This document shows positions 29,461 to 32,000 of a DNA stretch of 32,000 nt, one piece after another; positions within the stretch are counted from its first letter, which is position 1; the number at the start of each line of letters is the position of its first letter. The notes under the pieces were generated by a model that was given only the letters and a program-made list of their open reading frames with translations, ran no database searches and was not told the DNA's origin. A program made the position numbers and the translations under genes. This DNA comes from Cereibacter sphaeroides 2.4.1. GTDB lineage: Bacteria; Pseudomonadota; Alphaproteobacteria; Rhodobacterales; Rhodobacteraceae. The DNA is taken from NCBI RefSeq assembly GCF_000012905.2, contig NC_007493.2:300001-332000 (forward strand). Direction: 5' to 3'.

Positions 29461-30723
29461 ATGGCCAACGTCGCGGATGCGCCGAAGGACTCCTTTCGGC
29501 TCAGCATGTTGCTATACGATACGCGCTATCGTTCTCTCACGATCCAGGTCTTCGTCTTCTTCCTGTTCATGGCCGGCGCCGCCTGGCTCGTGGACAATAC
29601 GATGCGCAACCTCGAGGCGCTGGGGAAGGACTTCGACTTCGGCTTTCTCTGGAACCGCGCGGGCTACGACATCAGCCAGCGGCTGGTGGACTATACCAAC
29701 GACAGCACCCATGGCCGGGCCATGCTGGTGGGGCTGCTCAACACGCTGCTGATCGCGTTGCTGGGCTGCATGGCGGCCACCGTGATCGGCGTCCTCGTGG
29801 GCGTGCTCCGGCTGTCGCGGAACTGGATCGTCGGGCGGCTGATGACCGTCTATGTCGAGGTCTTCCGCAACGTGCCGCTGCTCCTCTGGATCCTCCTGAT
29901 CTATGCGGTCTTCAGCGAGGCCACGCCCGCGCCCAACGCCTTCCGCCCGAACCCCGAGACCGGGATCGCGGACCGCTCGATGTTCCTCGATGCGATCGCG
30001 GTCACGAACCGCTACACCGCCCTGCCGAACCCGGTCTTCAGCCGCGAGCTGGGCTGGCTCGATCTCGGCCTCTTCTACGTCAACATGGATGTGCTGGCGG
30101 TGATCGGGGCCATCATCGCGGGCTGGTTCATCAACCGCAGCGTCAAGGCGCGCGCCACCCGCATTCAGGAGGCCACGGGCGAGCGTCCGGCGACCTGGTG
30201 GTCGTCGCTGCTCCTGCTCGTCGGACTGCCGGTGGCGGTGCTGCTGGCGCTCGGCTTCCATCTCGAGTTCCCCGAGCTCCGCGGCTTCAACTTCGTCGGC
30301 GGCCTGAACGTCTCGAACTCCTTCATGGCGCTCTGGCTGGCGCTCTCGCTCTATACCGGTGCCTTCATCGCCGAGATCGTGCGGGGGGGCATCCTCGCCG
30401 TCTCGCGCGGCCAGTCCGAGGCGGCCTTTGCGCTCGGCCTGCGGCCGGGGCGGACGATGAACCTCGTGATCCTGCCGCAGGCGCTCCGGGTCATCATCCC
30501 GCCGCTCATCTCGCAATATCTGAACCTCACGAAGAACTCCTCGCTGGCCATCGCCGTGGGCTATCTCGACCTCCGCGGCACGCTGGGCGGCATCACGCTG
30601 AACCAGACCGGGCGCGAGCTCGAATGCGTGCTGCTGATGATGCTGATCTATCTTGCCATCAGCCTCGTCATTTCGGGGGTGATGAACGTCTACAACTCGG
30701 CCGTGAAGCTGAAGGAGCGCTGA
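29461..30723 (+). CDS. bztB: General L-amino-acid ABC transporter permease (BztB/AapQ type)
   Basis: Track ORF starts at 29314 with an Arg/Pro/Thr-rich non-membrane stretch. Start placed at ATG 29461 (MANVADAPKDSFRLSML...). Multiple TM segments. EAA loop GAFIAEIVRGGILAVSRGQSEAAFALGL. Confidence 0.88.
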   Translation: MANVADAPKDSFRLSMLLYDTRYRSLTIQVFVFFLFMAGAAWLVDNTMRNLEALGKDFDFGFLWNRAGYDISQRLVDYTNDSTHGRAMLVGLLNTLLIALLGCMAATVIGVLVGVLRLSRNWIVGRLMTVYVEVFRNVPLLLWILLIYAVFSEATPAPNAFRPNPETGIADRSMFLDAIAVTNRYTALPNPVFSRELGWLDLGLFYVNMDVLAVIGAIIAGWFINRSVKARATRIQEATGERPATWWSSLLLLVGLPVAVLLALGFHLEFPELRGFNFVGGLNVSNSFMALWLALSLYTGAFIAEIVRGGILAVSRGQSEAAFALGLRPGRTMNLVILPQALRVIIPPLISQYLNLTKNSSLAIAVGYLDLRGTLGGITLNQTGRELECVLLMMLIYLAISLVISGVMNVYNSAVKLKER

Positions 30724-30724
30724 G

Positions 30725-32000
30725 ATGAGCGATACCCACGCCCAGACCGTGCCCTTCGTCCGCGAGACCATGCTGCCGCCGGTGGCCCCGCCTGCGAACG
30801 AGGCGGGCGTCGTCAGCTGGATGCGCCAGAACCTGTTCTCGGGGCCGCTCAACATCGCGCTGACGGTGCTCGGCCTCGTCGCCATCTACTATGTCCTCGA
30901 AGGCATCGTGCCGTGGCTCATGCGGTCGGTCTGGACGGCGGACACGCTCGCCCAGTGCCGCCAGATCATCACCGAGCGCTGGGGCGAGGGGGCCACCGGC
31001 GCCTGCTGGGCGGTGATCCGGGAACGCTGGCCGCAGTTCCTCTACGGCTTCTATCCGAACCACCTCTACTGGCGGCCGACGCTGACCTTCCTGCTGCTGT
31101 TCGTGGCGCTGGCGCCGATCCTGTTCGCGCAGGTGCCGCGCCAGATGCTGTGGTTCAGCCTTGCCTATCCGTTCCTCGCCTTCTGGCTGCTCTGGGGCGG
31201 CTCGATCTTCCTGCCGCTGGTGGCGGCGGCGGGCTTCCTGTTCGGCTGGCTGGCCTACAGGCTCGCCGCCCGGTTCGGCACCATCGCGGCAGTGGCAGCG
31301 GCGGCACTCGTCCCCGTGCTGTGGTGGCTTTTCCTCGCGGGCGACGTGTCCGACGATCTGGCGCGGCTCACCGGCCGCAGCTTCCCGCTCTGGCTCGAGG
31401 AGGTGCGCTCGGACAAGTTCGGCGGCTTCGTCCTCGCCGTCACCATCGGCGTCTCGGGCATCGCCCTCTCGCTTCCGCTGGGCATCATCCTCGCGCTCGG
31501 GCGGCGGTCGGACATGTTCCTCATCAAGGCGCTGTCGGTCTCGTTCATCGAGTTCATCCGCGGCGTGCCGCTCATCGCGCTGCTCTTCACCGCCTCGCTC
31601 CTGCTGAACTACTTCCTGCCGCCCGGCACCACCTTCGACATCATCCTGCGGGTCATCATCATGGTGACGCTCTTCGCCGCGGCCTATATCGCCGAGGTGA
31701 TCCGGGGCGGGCTCGCCGCCCTGCCGCGCGGGCAGTACGAGGCGGCCGACGCCCTCGGGCTCGACTACTGGAAGGCGCAGCGGCTCATCATTCTGCCGCA
31801 GGCGCTGAAGATCTCGATCCCCGGCATCGTCTCGACCTTCATCGGCATGTTCAAGGACACCACGCTCGTCGTCTTCGTGGGCCTGCTCGATCCGCTGAAG
31901 GGCATCACCGACGCCGTGCGCGCCTCGACCGACTGGAAGGGCATCTACTGGGAGCCCTACATCTTCGTGGGCCTGATCTTCTTCGCCTTCAACTTCGCCA
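30725..32000 (+). CDS. bztC: General L-amino-acid ABC transporter permease (BztC/AapM type), 3'-truncated by window end
   Basis: Not in the ORF track because it has no stop in the window. ATG 30725 is 1 nt after the bztB TGA. My translation (MSDTHAQTVPFVRETMLPP...SWMRQNLFSGPLN...) is open to base 32000 and contains the EAA loop AAYIAEVIRGGLAALPRGQYEAADALGL. Confidence 0.9.
   Translation, partial: MSDTHAQTVPFVRETMLPPVAPPANEAGVVSWMRQNLFSGPLNIALTVLGLVAIYYVLEGIVPWLMRSVWTADTLAQCRQIITERWGEGATGACWAVIRERWPQFLYGFYPNHLYWRPTLTFLLLFVALAPILFAQVPRQMLWFSLAYPFLAFWLLWGGSIFLPLVAAAGFLFGWLAYRLAARFGTIAAVAAAALVPVLWWLFLAGDVSDDLARLTGRSFPLWLEEVRSDKFGGFVLAVTIGVSGIALSLPLGIILALGRRSDMFLIKALSVSFIEFIRGVPLIALLFTASLLLNYFLPPGTTFDIILRVIIMVTLFAAAYIAEVIRGGLAALPRGQYEAADALGLDYWKAQRLIILPQALKISIPGIVSTFIGMFKDTTLVVFVGLLDPLKGITDAVRASTDWKGIYWEPYIFVGLIFFAFNFA

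Overview
High-GC alphaproteobacterial chromosome, Rhodobacteraceae-like judging by the protein sequences and the bzt/aap-type transporter. All real genes are on the + strand. Order: 3' end of rpoC with a terminator; a DMT/EamA transporter; the str operon (rpsL-rpsG-fusA-tuf); an S10-spc-alpha ribosomal supercluster (rpsJ to rplQ, including secY, adk and rpoA) with a strong terminator; an orphan LuxR-type autoinducer-receptor gene in a locally low-GC patch; a DegP/DegQ-like protease; rarA; crcB; an S4-domain pseudouridine synthase; an ATP12-family chaperone; and the start of a general L-amino-acid ABC transporter (bztA/aapJ, bztB/aapQ, bztC/aapM, the last running off the window and missing from the ORF track). 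I see no CRISPR array, IS or transposase, integrase, phage gene, toxin-antitoxin pair, tRNA or rRNA, and no multi-gene candidate for a novel system. This is mostly core housekeeping DNA. Two things merit a second look. (1) The LuxR solo: it keeps a canonical AHL-pocket residue pattern, has an in-frame tandem duplication at the start of its HTH, and has a 22-bp dyad upstream and a 33-nt interrupted dyad downstream. (2) The ribosomal supercluster is broken by long structured spacers (239, 156, 122 nt and others), several with terminator-like hairpins plus T-runs at junctions where neighbouring genes otherwise lie 0-20 nt apart. The many long minus-strand ORFs in the track are high-GC antisense shadows. 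All structures and counts were made by eye from the sequence; no database search was run.
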